DNA of 62,114 nt, filler included. It is 3 parts of 3 records of this genome, joined end to end, with 100 filler letters (N's around TTAATTAATTAA, not from the genome) between each part and the next. Parts side by side here need not be neighbours in the genome. Positions count along the whole stretch, not along the records: positions 1 to 24,599 come from SRR22947727_1556; 2 more parts are not named here. One strand, given 5' to 3'. Both the position numbers and the translations under genes were made by a program. The notes beneath the pieces are model-generated. The model made no database searches and was not told the DNA's origin. It was given only the letters and a program-made list of their open reading frames with translations. Positions 1-10,872 of this stretch are shown one piece after another; the stretch's first letter is position 1, and each line of letters begins with the position of its first letter.

Positions 1-1
1 T

Positions 2-40
2 GGTATGGGTGGTATGGGTGGTATGGGTGGAATGATGTAA
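2..40 (+). CDS. groL: Chaperonin GroEL, C-terminal tail only (5' truncated by window edge)
   Basis: Reads GMGGMGGMGGMM-stop, the GGM-repeat tail of GroEL; followed by a terminator. Confidence 0.85.
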   Translation, partial: GMGGMGGMGGMM

Positions 41-67
41 TTTCAAAAATACTACTTTGAACAATTT

Positions 68-97
68 AAAAAGACCTCTTAATCGAGGTCTTTTTTT
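68..97 (+). terminator. Intrinsic terminator after groL
   Basis: AAAAAGACCTC-ttaatc-GAGGTCTTTTT hairpin running into a T tract. Confidence 0.85.
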
Positions 98-152
98 ATA
101 AAAAATTTTAAAAAACTACTAACGAAAAAAAATTGCTGTAGCATGTGTTTTT

Positions 153-2357
153 ATGAATTTAACAACGATATCTAATGCTATTTATTCAGATTTAAATGAA
201 AAACAGATTGAAGCTGTGATGCTTCAAAGTCAATCAGCACTTGTTCTAGCTGGCGCCGGGAGTGGTAAAACAAGAGTGCTGACTTCAAGAATTGCTTGGT
301 TAATTGAAAACCAACTCGCGAGCCCTGGTGCCATCCTAGCTGTCACATTCACCAATAAAGCAGCAAAAGAAATGCTAACCCGAATATCCACCCAACTCCC
401 AATAAATACTAGAGGTATGTGGGTAGGTACCTTTCATGGGCTATGCAATCGTTTTTTACGTAAACATCATGTAGATGCAAAATTACCCGAAACTTTTCAA
501 ATTTTAGATAGTGCCGATCAAAAATCAGCTATCAAAAGAGTGATGAAAGTAATGAATATTGATGAAGATCTAATTTCTTCAAAAGAGGCTATGTATTTTA
601 TCAATAGTAACAAAGAGGAAGGAGTAAGATCAGAGAAATTTAAAGCCTATGATGATATTTCAAAAAAACTAAATGCAATTTATGGTGCCTACGATGAACA
701 ATGCCAGAAGGAAGGTGTTATAGATTTTGCAGAACTTATGTTGCGTTGTCTTGAATTATTCCAAAAAAACTTAACTATTCGTAATCACTATCAAGAAATT
801 TTTAAACATATACTCGTAGATGAATTTCAAGATACAAGTCGCTTGCAATATCAATGGTTAAAAATGCTTACCTCGCCTGCAAGTTTTATTTTTGCTGTCG
901 GAGATGATGATCAATCAATTTATGGTTTTAGAGGTGCAAGACCAGGAAATATGAAAGATCTTCAGAAAGATTTTAAAATCAAAAATGTTATCAAATTAGA
1001 ACAAAATTACCGATCTAAAAATAATATTCTTAATGCAGCTAATTCAATTATTGAAAACAATAGTGATAGATTAGGAAAAAATTTATGGACTGCTTCAGGT
1101 GATGGTGATCTTATTAAACAATATACCGCACTCGATGATCGCTCAGAAACAGCATATATTTTAGATGAAATTAAAATGCGTCATCGAGCTGGTATTGATT
1201 ACAGCCAAATAGCTATTCTCTACAGAAATAATGCTCAATCTAGAGTTATCGAAATGGCAATGGTATCTAATAATATACCCTATCGGGTTTATGGAGGATT
1301 ACGTTTCTTCGAACGTGCAGAAATTAAAAATTCACTTGCTTATCTTAGGCTCGTTAATAACAAAAAAGATGATAATGCTTTCATGAGAATTGTAAACTTT
1401 CCGACACGAGGAATCGGTGCAAGAGCTATTGAACAAATTCAAGATCATGCAAAAAAAAATGCTTTCTCTTTATGGGAGGGAGCAAGAGTTCTTGTCTCAG
1501 AAAGTAAAAACTTAAAAGTATCTGCATTTATTCAACTAATTCAGAATATTGAAGATCAAGTTCATGGAATAAATATTGATGAGTCAATTGATCTAATTAA
1601 TTCACAGTCTGGCCTCAAAGATCATTACCTTAAAGACAAAGATGGTAGCTCTCGGGTAGAAAATCTTAATGAACTTGTATCGGCAGCAAAGTCTTTTCTA
1701 AATGAAGTAAAAGACGAAATTTCTGATGAAGATTCAAATAAAAAGCAATCACTCACATTGGCTGAGTTTCTTGATTTTACCTCACTAGAAAGTGGTGAGT
1801 TACAGGCAGCTGCAAGTGAGGATGCTCTTCAGTTAATGACTGTTCACTCCTCAAAGGGCCTTGAGTTTGATACTGTTTTTATTACAGGCTTGGAAGACGG
1901 GCTCTTTCCTCATGAAAGAAGCTTAAATGAAAACAATGGATTAGAGGAAGAGCGAAGATTGATGTATGTTGCCATCACTAGAGCAAAGGATAAGTTGTAT
2001 TTAACACTTTCGCAATCTCGAATGACATATGGACAACCAACCTATAATTTACCTTCAAGATTTCTAGATGAAATTCCAGAAGCATTAATAAAAAAAATTA
2101 ATGTGCCCAAAAATTTCTCTGCTAAAGGCGAATCACACTTTTCTAATGGACTAAATTCATTTAGCACAAAAAATAAACAAACATCAAATAATCAATACGA
2201 TATTAAAATTGGTGCCATGGTCAAACACGATAAATTTGGATCAGGAATGGTGACAGGCTATGAAGGCAACGAAAATGATCTGCGTATTCAAATAAAATTT
2301 AAAGCTCATGGAGTGAAGTGGCTAGCCATGGAATATGCAAAACTTACTAAAATCTAA
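153..2357 (+). CDS. uvrD: DNA helicase II (UvrD)
   Basis: Walker A LAGAGSGKT, AVTFTNKAA, LVDEFQD, MTVHSSKGLEF, EERRLMYVAITRA; C-terminal Tudor-like VKHDKFGSG. Confidence 0.95.
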   Translation: MNLTTISNAIYSDLNEKQIEAVMLQSQSALVLAGAGSGKTRVLTSRIAWLIENQLASPGAILAVTFTNKAAKEMLTRISTQLPINTRGMWVGTFHGLCNRFLRKHHVDAKLPETFQILDSADQKSAIKRVMKVMNIDEDLISSKEAMYFINSNKEEGVRSEKFKAYDDISKKLNAIYGAYDEQCQKEGVIDFAELMLRCLELFQKNLTIRNHYQEIFKHILVDEFQDTSRLQYQWLKMLTSPASFIFAVGDDDQSIYGFRGARPGNMKDLQKDFKIKNVIKLEQNYRSKNNILNAANSIIENNSDRLGKNLWTASGDGDLIKQYTALDDRSETAYILDEIKMRHRAGIDYSQIAILYRNNAQSRVIEMAMVSNNIPYRVYGGLRFFERAEIKNSLAYLRLVNNKKDDNAFMRIVNFPTRGIGARAIEQIQDHAKKNAFSLWEGARVLVSESKNLKVSAFIQLIQNIEDQVHGINIDESIDLINSQSGLKDHYLKDKDGSSRVENLNELVSAAKSFLNEVKDEISDEDSNKKQSLTLAEFLDFTSLESGELQAAASEDALQLMTVHSSKGLEFDTVFITGLEDGLFPHERSLNENNGLEEERRLMYVAITRAKDKLYLTLSQSRMTYGQPTYNLPSRFLDEIPEALIKKINVPKNFSAKGESHFSNGLNSFSTKNKQTSNNQYDIKIGAMVKHDKFGSGMVTGYEGNENDLRIQIKFKAHGVKWLAMEYAKLTKI

Positions 2358-3122
2358 TTACTTAATTATTGACTTAAAAATATCTTTATAAGTAATAAAT
2401 TGAAAAGAAAATAATGATGCGATGTAAGCAGCCAAAGCGATCATGCAAGAAAATATAAGCACGTAGGACACTAATATATTTTCACTTGCACCAAGGATTG
2501 AAAAAATCATTATTATTACAAAAAGTAATGAGATAAATCCACCTAATAAAATAATCCAAGCAAGTAAAATTGGAATAATTGATAACAAAACACCGGCAAA
2601 GCTTGATTTTATAGCCTTCACTAAACCAAAATTATGGTAGGTAATTAATATAGGTGAAAACCATGTAGCCATGAGGATTGGAATGGCCAAAATTATAAAT
2701 TTTATGATAATCCCTACTCCATAATTCGAAATATTTTCTTTTACATCAGAGTCATTTGCTACAGCTAAGATATTCTTTAAATCAGGGCTTAAAATTAAAG
2801 AAATTAATAAAGAATAAAACAAACAAATTAAACCAAGATAAGTAAGGGCTCTTATGTTTTGTTTATCAATTTTTAATAAATCTTTTAGCCCCGGTTGCTT
2901 GCTATTTTGAATCAATTTAAAGTAATTGATAAAAATCATAGTTGAAATTGGCCATACAATGATCAAAAAGGGGCTTATAAGACTAAGGCCTGGGATAGTC
3001 GGGATAAGAAGGTAAGCAAATATATAAATACTCCCTAAAAGCAAGGTAAGTTTAAAATTAAGCTTTGTTAAAATCAAACTCTGAGTCACCCAAAGATGCG
3101 ATTTATTTAGTATATTTTTCAA
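2358..3122 (-). CDS. Integral membrane protein, BPSS1780-like family
   Basis: Multiple hydrophobic segments, MATWFSP motif; position next to thrB as in Betaproteobacteria. Confidence 0.65.
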   Translation of the reverse strand: MKNILNKSHLWVTQSLILTKLNFKLTLLLGSIYIFAYLLIPTIPGLSLISPFLIIVWPISTMIFINYFKLIQNSKQPGLKDLLKIDKQNIRALTYLGLICLFYSLLISLILSPDLKNILAVANDSDVKENISNYGVGIIIKFIILAIPILMATWFSPILITYHNFGLVKAIKSSFAGVLLSIIPILLAWIILLGGFISLLFVIIMIFSILGASENILVSYVLIFSCMIALAAYIASLFSFQFITYKDIFKSIIK

Positions 3123-4054
3123 AATTTATACTCGTTAATTTGCCTATCAATTAATACCTTCTTAAATTGATCAGGATTTTTTAGGGCGAGAATTTCAGCA
3201 GAAGGATTACTGTGGATATGCTCAAGGCGTGAAATGTAAAATCTCAATGCAGCCCATCTTAAAGCTACATGCATATTTTCTTTCTCCTTACAATCAAGTT
3301 TTCTTTCAGACTCATATCCAGCTAAAAATTGGGACAATTTATTTTGATCTAATGATCCATCATCTCTTACACACCAGTCATTAACAGCTATAGCAATATC
3401 AAAAACTAATACTTCATTACAGGCATAATAAAAATCTATAAAACTCGGCCTACTTTCATTTAAAAATAAAACGTTGTCTCTAAATAGATCGCCATGAATT
3501 GTACTACTTGGTAAGTCATCTAAAACGCGAGACTTTAAAAAATTAATTTCCAATGCAATCATATTTTTTTCTGTTGAAGTTAATTTTGCTTTCATATTAA
3601 AAAAAGTTTTTTCAATCCAACCCAAACCTCTAGAATTTTTTCTTTTTTCTGTTAAAGACTTCGTAACCATGTGCATTTTTGCAAGTGCCTTCCCAACTGC
3701 ATTGCAATTTAATTCAGTAATTTTTTTTACTTCTGATCCATTTAAAAATGAAACAATTAAAGCTGGTTTATCCTTAAATAAATTAATTGCTTTCTTCTGA
3801 TTGTTTGGAATAGGTTTCGGACAATCTATATTATGACTCGAAAGAAATGTCATTAGATTAATAAAAAAAGGAAGCTCTTCCATTGTATGGTGCTCAAAGA
3901 TAGTCAGGATGAATTTATTTTCAGCTGTTGTGATTAAATAATTTGTGTTGGTAACACCAGAGGATATTCCATCAAAACTAATTAACGTTCCAATATTAAA
4001 TTCAATAAGAAATGACTCCAAACTTTCTTTTGTTATAGATGTATATACAGCCAT
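3119..4054 (-). CDS. thrB: Homoserine kinase (type II, APH-fold)
   Basis: MAVYT start, GVTNTNY, IHGDLFRDNVLF, IDFYYAC, AALRFYISRL. Confidence 0.93.
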   Translation of the reverse strand: MAVYTSITKESLESFLIEFNIGTLISFDGISSGVTNTNYLITTAENKFILTIFEHHTMEELPFFINLMTFLSSHNIDCPKPIPNNQKKAINLFKDKPALIVSFLNGSEVKKITELNCNAVGKALAKMHMVTKSLTEKRKNSRGLGWIEKTFFNMKAKLTSTEKNMIALEINFLKSRVLDDLPSSTIHGDLFRDNVLFLNESRPSFIDFYYACNEVLVFDIAIAVNDWCVRDDGSLDQNKLSQFLAGYESERKLDCKEKENMHVALRWAALRFYISRLEHIHSNPSAEILALKNPDQFKKVLIDRQINEYKF

Positions 4055-4092
4055 TGAAATTTATAAATTATTAAAAAAGAGTTAACTTGAGG

Positions 4093-4428
4093 TTACCAGC
4101 TAAAGAGTACCCATTGTGGAACGACTAAAGGCTTTAAATCATCCTGACGTATCCAATCTCCTCCCTCAGTTTCCCTTACTAGATAATACGGTGGAAAACC
4201 CTCTGGGGTAACTTTTATATAATACAAGTTTCCATTAATCCTATGCTCTTCAATTCTTTTGGTTCCTTCTTTCCTAATGGTAATCTCAGGTTCATATTCA
4301 TACCCAGATTCCAAAGTATTTGGTGGAGATGGAACCTCCTCTAATACTACTGTTTTTTCAGCATTCGTAATTGCAGAAAAAGAAAGGCTGCTTAGCACTA
4401 AAATCAATGATATAAAAATTTTATTCAT
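4093..4428 (-). CDS. DUF2782-like exported protein
   Basis: Signal peptide; EPEITI...IEEHRINGNLYYIKVTP..PPYYL..VPQWVLFSW; divergent from polA. Confidence 0.8.
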   Translation of the reverse strand: MNKIFISLILVLSSLSFSAITNAEKTVVLEEVPSPPNTLESGYEYEPEITIRKEGTKRIEEHRINGNLYYIKVTPEGFPPYYLVRETEGGDWIRQDDLKPLVVPQWVLFSW

Positions 4429-4534
4429 AGCATAAGTCTATCAAAATCAGACCCCCAACAGTAGCTTTTTATCCAAAAAAAGGTGCGCATACAAAGGTAT
4501 AATAAAAATGAAATAACAAAAAATTTTAAAAACG

Positions 4535-7246
4535 ATGAAAACATTGCTCTTGATTGATGGATCCTCTTATTTATATCGCGCATTTCATGCGATGCCTGAT
4601 TTTAGAAATAAAACAGGGTTCCCAACTGGTGTTATTTATGGAGTTTTAAACATGCTCCAAAATACTCATAAAAAATATGCGAGCAGTTATAGCGTCTGTG
4701 TCTTTGATGCGAAAGGAAAAACTTTTCGAAATGATATTTATAGTGAATATAAAGCAAATCGGCCTAAAATGCCTGATGATTTATCAATACAGATTGCCCC
4801 CCTCCACAAAGCTATAAAAGCGATGGGATGGCCAATTTATATTAAAGAAGGTGTAGAAGCAGATGATGTAATTGGGACACTTGCTAAAAAAGCAAATGAA
4901 GAGAATATATCTGTGACTATATCAACAGGAGATAAAGATTTAGCACAACTAGTAAACAATAAAACAGCGCTGGTTAATACCATGACCAACGAATATTTAG
5001 ATATAGAAGGCGTAAAAAGTAAATTTGGGGTGGGGCCAGATCTTATTATTGACTACCTAACCATCATAGGCGACAAAGCTGACAATATTCCTGGCGTTGA
5101 AAAAGTTGGGCCCAAAACGGCACTTAAATGGTTAAACGAATTTAACTCTTTAGATAATATTATCAAAAACTCAGAAAAAATCTCAGGTGCCGTTGGTGAA
5201 AATTTAAAAAGCGCACTTGACTGGCTCCCAATTGCAAAAGACCTTATCTCTATTCGTTCAGAATTAGATATAGAGGTCTCTTGGGATCAATTTAAAAAAT
5301 CACCCGAGGATAAAAATGCATTAAAAAAAATGTATCAAGAATTTAATTTTTCAAGTTGGCTTAAAAATATAGACAGCAAAGAAATAGATATCTCTCAAGA
5401 AGCACCAGATCAAAATGTTGATACAGAATTTAATAATCAAAAAAATTATATGTTGATTCAAAATACAACAGATTTAAAAAAATGGATTAATCAAATAAAA
5501 AAAGAAAAATTATTTTCCATTGATACCGAAACAACATCACTTGAAGTTATGAATGCAAAATTAGTAGGTATATCTATCAGTTTAAAAAAAGGCGAAGCGG
5601 CATATATACCTGTCAATCATATGGGAGCAGCAGAAAATGAACAGATTAATGAAGATGAAGTAATTGATCTTTTTAAACCTATATTAGAGGATGGCTCCAT
5701 CACAAAAATTGGACAAAATATTAAATATGATGCACATATTTTTCTTAATTTAGGTATAAAAATGCATGGAATTAACGAAGATACCATGCTTATAAGTTAT
5801 GTCATAAATAGTAATGAAAGCCATGGAATGAATAAACTTAGCCAAAAATATTTGGGTCATGAATGTATCTCATACGAATCATTGGTTGGAAGTGGGGTAA
5901 AGCAATTAAGCTTTGATCAAATAAATATAAATGATGCATTAGATTATGCTGCAGAGGATGCTGATGTAACATTTCAGCTCTACCATGTACTTAAAGATCA
6001 ATTAAAAAAAGAAAAGAAATTGCTGGCTATCTACGAAAAATTCGAAATCCCAAGTATGAAAACATTAATTGAAATTGAAAGGAATGGAGTTTTAATAGAT
6101 GCAAGCTTATTAAATCAACAAAGCCAAAAAATTGGAGAAGAGTTAATTAATATTGAAAACAAAGCCTTTGAGCTTGCAGGGCAACCTTTTAATTTAGCTT
6201 CTCCAAAACAGTTAAGAGAAATTTTATTTGAAAAGTTACAGATAAAGCCTTTAAAAAAAACCCCCACTGGGACACCATCAACCTCTGAGGAAGTTCTCCA
6301 AGAGCTTGCTAAAGATTACCCATTACCTAAAATCCTTTTGGAGTATCGTACCCTTGCAAAATTAAAATCAACCTATACCGATAAACTTCCGTTAATGATC
6401 AATCAATCTACAGGCAGAATTCATACAAGTTACAATCAAGCAGTTGCTGTAACAGGCAGATTAGCAAGTTCAGATCCAAACCTACAAAATATTCCTATCA
6501 AAAGTCCGGAGGGTAGGAAAATTAGAGAGGCGTTTATTGCAAAACCAGATTTTTCGATATTATCAGCAGATTACTCTCAAATTGAATTAAGAATCCTAGC
6601 TCATCTCTCAAAAGATTCAGGGCTAATTCAAGCCTTCAAAGATAATAAAGACATTCATACAATAACTGCCTCAGAAATTTTTAATACTAAGATTGAAAAA
6701 ATCACATCAGAACAAAGACGATATGCCAAAATCATAAACTTTGGGTTAATCTATGGGATGGGTGCTTTTGGCTTAGCCAAAAATTTAAATATTACTAGAG
6801 GTGACGCTCAAAATTATATCCAGGAATACTTTAATAAATACCCAACAGTTCTTCAATATATGGAAGAGTCAAAACAATTTGCGCGTGAACATGGATATGT
6901 AGAAACCTATTTTGGAAGAAGGCTATGGCTTCCTGAAATAAATTCATCAAACGGACTAAGAAAGGCTGGTGCTGAAAGAGCTGCTATCAATGCACCCATG
7001 CAAGGTACAGCAGCTGACTTAATTAAACTTGCGATGATAGAGGTCCAGCAATGGATTCATGCAAATAGCAATTTAAAAGGGCAAATGATTATGCAAGTTC
7101 ATGATGAACTTGTCTTTGAGGTACCAAACACAGAAGTAGACATATTTATTAAAGAAATCCCTCAGATAATGCAAAATGTTGCCAAGCTTGATATTCCCTT
7201 GACTGTAGAAATTAATGCAGGAAAGAATTGGGAGGAAGCCCACTAA
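4535..7246 (+). CDS. polA: DNA polymerase I
   Basis: LIDGSSYLYRAFHA 5'-3' exonuclease, IDTETT 3'-5' exonuclease, SADYSQIELR, KIINFGLIYG, QVHDELVFE. Confidence 0.97.
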   Translation: MKTLLLIDGSSYLYRAFHAMPDFRNKTGFPTGVIYGVLNMLQNTHKKYASSYSVCVFDAKGKTFRNDIYSEYKANRPKMPDDLSIQIAPLHKAIKAMGWPIYIKEGVEADDVIGTLAKKANEENISVTISTGDKDLAQLVNNKTALVNTMTNEYLDIEGVKSKFGVGPDLIIDYLTIIGDKADNIPGVEKVGPKTALKWLNEFNSLDNIIKNSEKISGAVGENLKSALDWLPIAKDLISIRSELDIEVSWDQFKKSPEDKNALKKMYQEFNFSSWLKNIDSKEIDISQEAPDQNVDTEFNNQKNYMLIQNTTDLKKWINQIKKEKLFSIDTETTSLEVMNAKLVGISISLKKGEAAYIPVNHMGAAENEQINEDEVIDLFKPILEDGSITKIGQNIKYDAHIFLNLGIKMHGINEDTMLISYVINSNESHGMNKLSQKYLGHECISYESLVGSGVKQLSFDQININDALDYAAEDADVTFQLYHVLKDQLKKEKKLLAIYEKFEIPSMKTLIEIERNGVLIDASLLNQQSQKIGEELINIENKAFELAGQPFNLASPKQLREILFEKLQIKPLKKTPTGTPSTSEEVLQELAKDYPLPKILLEYRTLAKLKSTYTDKLPLMINQSTGRIHTSYNQAVAVTGRLASSDPNLQNIPIKSPEGRKIREAFIAKPDFSILSADYSQIELRILAHLSKDSGLIQAFKDNKDIHTITASEIFNTKIEKITSEQRRYAKIINFGLIYGMGAFGLAKNLNITRGDAQNYIQEYFNKYPTVLQYMEESKQFAREHGYVETYFGRRLWLPEINSSNGLRKAGAERAAINAPMQGTAADLIKLAMIEVQQWIHANSNLKGQMIMQVHDELVFEVPNTEVDIFIKEIPQIMQNVAKLDIPLTVEINAGKNWEEAH

Positions 7247-7261
7247 ATGGTTTGTAAATAA

Positions 7262-8017
7262 ATGAAAATATCCAAAAGCAAGAATAAAGAAATACACGCA
7301 TTGATTATTGGTGATGAAATCTTATCAGGTAAGAGAGAAGATAAACATCTAAGGCACTTAATAAAAGTATTAAAAGTTCATAATTTCCAATTATCACGTG
7401 CAGATTATGTTTCAGATGAGATTCAAAAAATACAAGAAACTCTTGAAAATAAAAAGGGAAACATTGTTTTTTGTTTTGGCGGGATTGGGGCAACACCAGA
7501 TGACTGTACCAGAAGTGCTGCCGCTTTTGCGCACAACAAATCATTAGTTTGTCATCCAGAGGCAAAAGTTTTAATTGAAAATCAATTTGGCAAAAATGCA
7601 TATCCTAAGAGAATTTTAATGGCGGACCTGCCAGAAGGTGCATTACTCATACCAAACCCTATCAATAACATACCTGGTTTTTTTGTAGATCAACATTATT
7701 TTATGCCAGGATTTCCTGAAATGGCGTGGCCAATGATTGATTGGGTAATTGAAAACAATCTGTTGAAAACAGAAAAAACAACAAAATTTGAAGATCATTC
7801 TATTTGGTTAGATGATGTAAGTGAGAGCAGCCTTATTGATTTAATGAATCAGACACAATTAAAATTTAATAATATTAAAATTTATAGCTTACCAAAAATG
7901 CATCCAAAAAAAATGCTGGAGCTTGGAGTCAAAGGTGAGCATGGTTACGTCTTTGAAGCATTAAATTTTATTAAAGACAATCTAAATAGCATGAATATTT
8001 CTTGGCGTGATCTTTAG
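7262..8017 (+). CDS. CinA-like molybdopterin-binding domain protein
   Basis: IIGDEILSGKRED, GGIGATPDDCT, MPGFPEMAWPM. Confidence 0.85.
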   Translation: MKISKSKNKEIHALIIGDEILSGKREDKHLRHLIKVLKVHNFQLSRADYVSDEIQKIQETLENKKGNIVFCFGGIGATPDDCTRSAAAFAHNKSLVCHPEAKVLIENQFGKNAYPKRILMADLPEGALLIPNPINNIPGFFVDQHYFMPGFPEMAWPMIDWVIENNLLKTEKTTKFEDHSIWLDDVSESSLIDLMNQTQLKFNNIKIYSLPKMHPKKMLELGVKGEHGYVFEALNFIKDNLNSMNISWRDL

Positions 8018-8019
8018 TA

Positions 8020-8048
8020 TTGAAAATAATGTATATGATTATTACAAT
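8020..8048 (+). promoter_or_regulatory. Putative sigma70 promoter of dusB-fis-purHD operon
   Basis: TTGAAA-N17-TACAAT ending 11 nt before the dusB ATG. Confidence 0.55.
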
Positions 8049-8059
8049 GACGAATCGAT

Positions 8060-9085
8060 ATGATTATTGGCAAACATAAACTAAAAAATAATATTATATT
8101 AGCTCCAATGGCAGGAGTTACGGATAGGCCATTTCGAATACTATGTAAAAAATTTGGTGCAGGGATGGCAGTCAGTGAAATGGTCACATCAAATTCCCTT
8201 TTATATGGAAGTGAAAAAACCCTTAGAAGAGCAAATCATGATGGAGAGGTTGCCCCTATATCAGTTCAGATAGCCGGTGCAGATCCAGAAATGATGGCAA
8301 AAGCTGCTCAATATAATATGAATCGAGGTGCCCAAATTATTGATATCAACATGGGCTGCCCTGCAAAAAAAATATGCAACGTCATGGCAGGGTCTGCGTT
8401 ACTTAAAGAAGAAAAATTAGTTAAAAAAATTCTTGAAGCTGTTGTTAAGTCAGTGGATATACCCGTCACTTTAAAAATAAGAACAGGGTGGGATAAAGAT
8501 AATCGAAATGCTGTAACTATTGCAAAAATCGCAGAGGATGCAGGTATACAAGCATTAACAATGCACGGAAGAACCCGTGCATGTCTTTATATGGGTGACG
8601 CTGAATACGATACAATCGCTAATGTTAAACAAAAAATTCAAATGCCTTTAATTGCAAATGGAGATATAACTTCACCTGAAAAAGCTAAGTTTGTACTTGA
8701 ATATACAGGTGCCGATGCGGTAATGATTGGCCGAGCAGCACAAGGAAGGCCATGGATATTTAGAGAAATAGAGCATTTCTTAAAAACAGGCTCTTACTTA
8801 ACTCGTCCTACTAATGAAGAAATACATCAAACGACTATAGAACACGTTAAAGACCTTTACGATTTTTATGGGGACAATAAGGGCTTAAGAATCGCGAGAA
8901 AACATATATCATGGTATACAAAAGGTTTAAAGAATTCTGCTTATTTTCGAGCAGCAATGAATCAAATTGAAGATAATAAAGAACAAATTGACTATATTCA
9001 TTTATTCTTTGAAGACCTTAGTAAAAAGAGCAAGTATATTGCCTATGAAGATCAATCTAATAATAAAGAAGTTGCAATAAGCTGA
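8060..9085 (+). CDS. dusB: tRNA-dihydrouridine synthase B
   Basis: LAPMAGVTDRPFR, DINMGCPAKK, HGRTR, MIGRAAQGRPW; upstream of fis. Confidence 0.95.
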   Translation: MIIGKHKLKNNIILAPMAGVTDRPFRILCKKFGAGMAVSEMVTSNSLLYGSEKTLRRANHDGEVAPISVQIAGADPEMMAKAAQYNMNRGAQIIDINMGCPAKKICNVMAGSALLKEEKLVKKILEAVVKSVDIPVTLKIRTGWDKDNRNAVTIAKIAEDAGIQALTMHGRTRACLYMGDAEYDTIANVKQKIQMPLIANGDITSPEKAKFVLEYTGADAVMIGRAAQGRPWIFREIEHFLKTGSYLTRPTNEEIHQTTIEHVKDLYDFYGDNKGLRIARKHISWYTKGLKNSAYFRAAMNQIEDNKEQIDYIHLFFEDLSKKSKYIAYEDQSNNKEVAIS

Positions 9086-9318
9086 TGAAAAAAAATTTAT
9101 CAGATAATATTGATACTCTGCTTGATCAATATTTTAATGATTTAGATGGGGATCAACCAAGTGCTATTTATGAAATGGTAATTAATACTGTAGAAAAACC
9201 ACTTCTCTTATACATTATGAATAAAACTGAGGGCAACCAAAGTAAAGCTTCAAAAATATTGGGTTTAAATAGAAACACACTTAGAAAAAAACTTAAACAA
9301 TATAATCTTGATAACTAA
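9085..9318 (+). CDS. fis: Fis family DNA-binding protein
   Basis: VEKPLL..GNQSKASKILGLNRNTLRKKL helix-turn-helix; dusB-fis-purH order. Confidence 0.92.
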   Translation: MKKNLSDNIDTLLDQYFNDLDGDQPSAIYEMVINTVEKPLLLYIMNKTEGNQSKASKILGLNRNTLRKKLKQYNLDN

Positions 9319-10869
9319 ATGATAAAAATTAAAAAAGCTTTAATTAGTGTTTCTAATAAATCAAATATTTTAAAATTAGCGAAACATTTAAAAACATTTG
9401 ATATTGAAATATTATCAACGGGAGGAACAGCAAAACTTCTTAAAGAGAACGAAATTCAAGTTACTGATGTTAGTGACTATACTGAATTTCCAGAAATGCT
9501 TGATGGACGTGTTAAAACACTTCACCCAAAAATTCATGGGGGGATTTTAGGTAGAAGAGATTTAGCTGAGCATCAAGAAACAATGAAAAATCATAAAATA
9601 GATCCCATAGATCTTGTTATAGTAAATCTATATCCATTTGAAGAAACCATCAAAAAAGAAAATTGTTCCTTAGATTTAGCAATAGAAAATATTGATATTG
9701 GTGGTCCAGCAATGATTCGATCTGCTGCAAAAAATTACCAACATGTTGCTGTTCTATCAAATTCAAATGACTATCAATCTTTTATTGATGAGTTAAACAA
9801 AAACCAAGGAGCAATAACTAAAGATTTTAGTTTCTCACTAGCAAAAAAAGCATTTGCTAGAACTTCCGCTTACGATAGTGCAATTTCGAGTTATCTTGGG
9901 GCTGATAAAAAAAATCGATTCCCAAAAAAATTATTTAAAACTATTAATAAAGTTATGGATTTACGCTATGGAGAAAATCCTCATCAGCAAGCTGCCTTTT
10001 ATAAAGATACAACAGAAGAAATTGGTTCTCTATCAAGTTTTGAACAAATTCAAGGTAAAGAACTTTCATTTAATAATCTTAATGATTCGGAAACTGCTTG
10101 GGAATGTGTCAAGAAGTTTTCCCAACCCAGTTGCGTAATAGTGAAACATGCTAATCCATGTGGTGTAGCCTCATCAGAAGACTTGCATGAAGCATATCAA
10201 GCGGCATTTAAGACAGATCCTACATCAGCTTTTGGAGGTATCATTGCTTTTAACGATTGTTTGGATGAAAAGACAGCTTCTTCAATAGCAAGTCAATTTG
10301 CTGAGGTAATTATTGCTGTTGATTTTTCAGAAGAAGCAAAAAAAGTTTTTGAAAAAAAACCTAATGTACGCTTATTAAAAATAAAAAATGAAAATAATAA
10401 GAATCAATTAGATTTTAAAAAAATAGGTGGAGGTTGGTTAATACAAACACCAGATGATCATTCTTTAGATATTAAAAAATGTAAGGTTGTCACCCATTTA
10501 AAGCCTAACGAAAAACAACTTGAGGATATGAAATTTGCTTGGATAGTTGCACAATATGTGAAATCAAATGCAATTGTTTTTTGTAAAAATAATCAAACAT
10601 TAGGAGTTGGAGCTGGACAAATGAGTCGAGTTGATAGTACCAAGATTGCCTCACTAAAAGCAGAAAATGCAAATATTGATTTGACTCATTCTGTTGTTGC
10701 ATCAGATGCTTTTTTTCCTTTTAGAGATGGAATTGATGTTATAGCGAGTCATGGAGCAAAATGTATTATCCAACCTGGGGGAAGTATCAAGGATGAAGAG
10801 GTAATAGGCGCGGCAAACGAACATGGCATCATCATGCTTTTTACCAACATCCGACATTTTAAACATTAA
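9319..10869 (+). CDS. purH: AICAR formyltransferase / IMP cyclohydrolase
   Basis: [44 protein letters not shown]. Confidence 0.97.
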   Translation: MIKIKKALISVSNKSNILKLAKHLKTFDIEILSTGGTAKLLKENEIQVTDVSDYTEFPEMLDGRVKTLHPKIHGGILGRRDLAEHQETMKNHKIDPIDLVIVNLYPFEETIKKENCSLDLAIENIDIGGPAMIRSAAKNYQHVAVLSNSNDYQSFIDELNKNQGAITKDFSFSLAKKAFARTSAYDSAISSYLGADKKNRFPKKLFKTINKVMDLRYGENPHQQAAFYKDTTEEIGSLSSFEQIQGKELSFNNLNDSETAWECVKKFSQPSCVIVKHANPCGVASSEDLHEAYQAAFKTDPTSAFGGIIAFNDCLDEKTASSIASQFAEVIIAVDFSEEAKKVFEKKPNVRLLKIKNENNKNQLDFKKIGGGWLIQTPDDHSLDIKKCKVVTHLKPNEKQLEDMKFAWIVAQYVKSNAIVFCKNNQTLGVGAGQMSRVDSTKIASLKAENANIDLTHSVVASDAFFPFRDGIDVIASHGAKCIIQPGGSIKDEEVIGAANEHGIIMLFTNIRHFKH

Positions 10870-10872
10870 ATT

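Noticed and set aside
1-40. GGTATGGGT tandem repeat at the window start
   Set aside because: It is the coding GGM tail of GroEL, not a CRISPR or satellite repeat.
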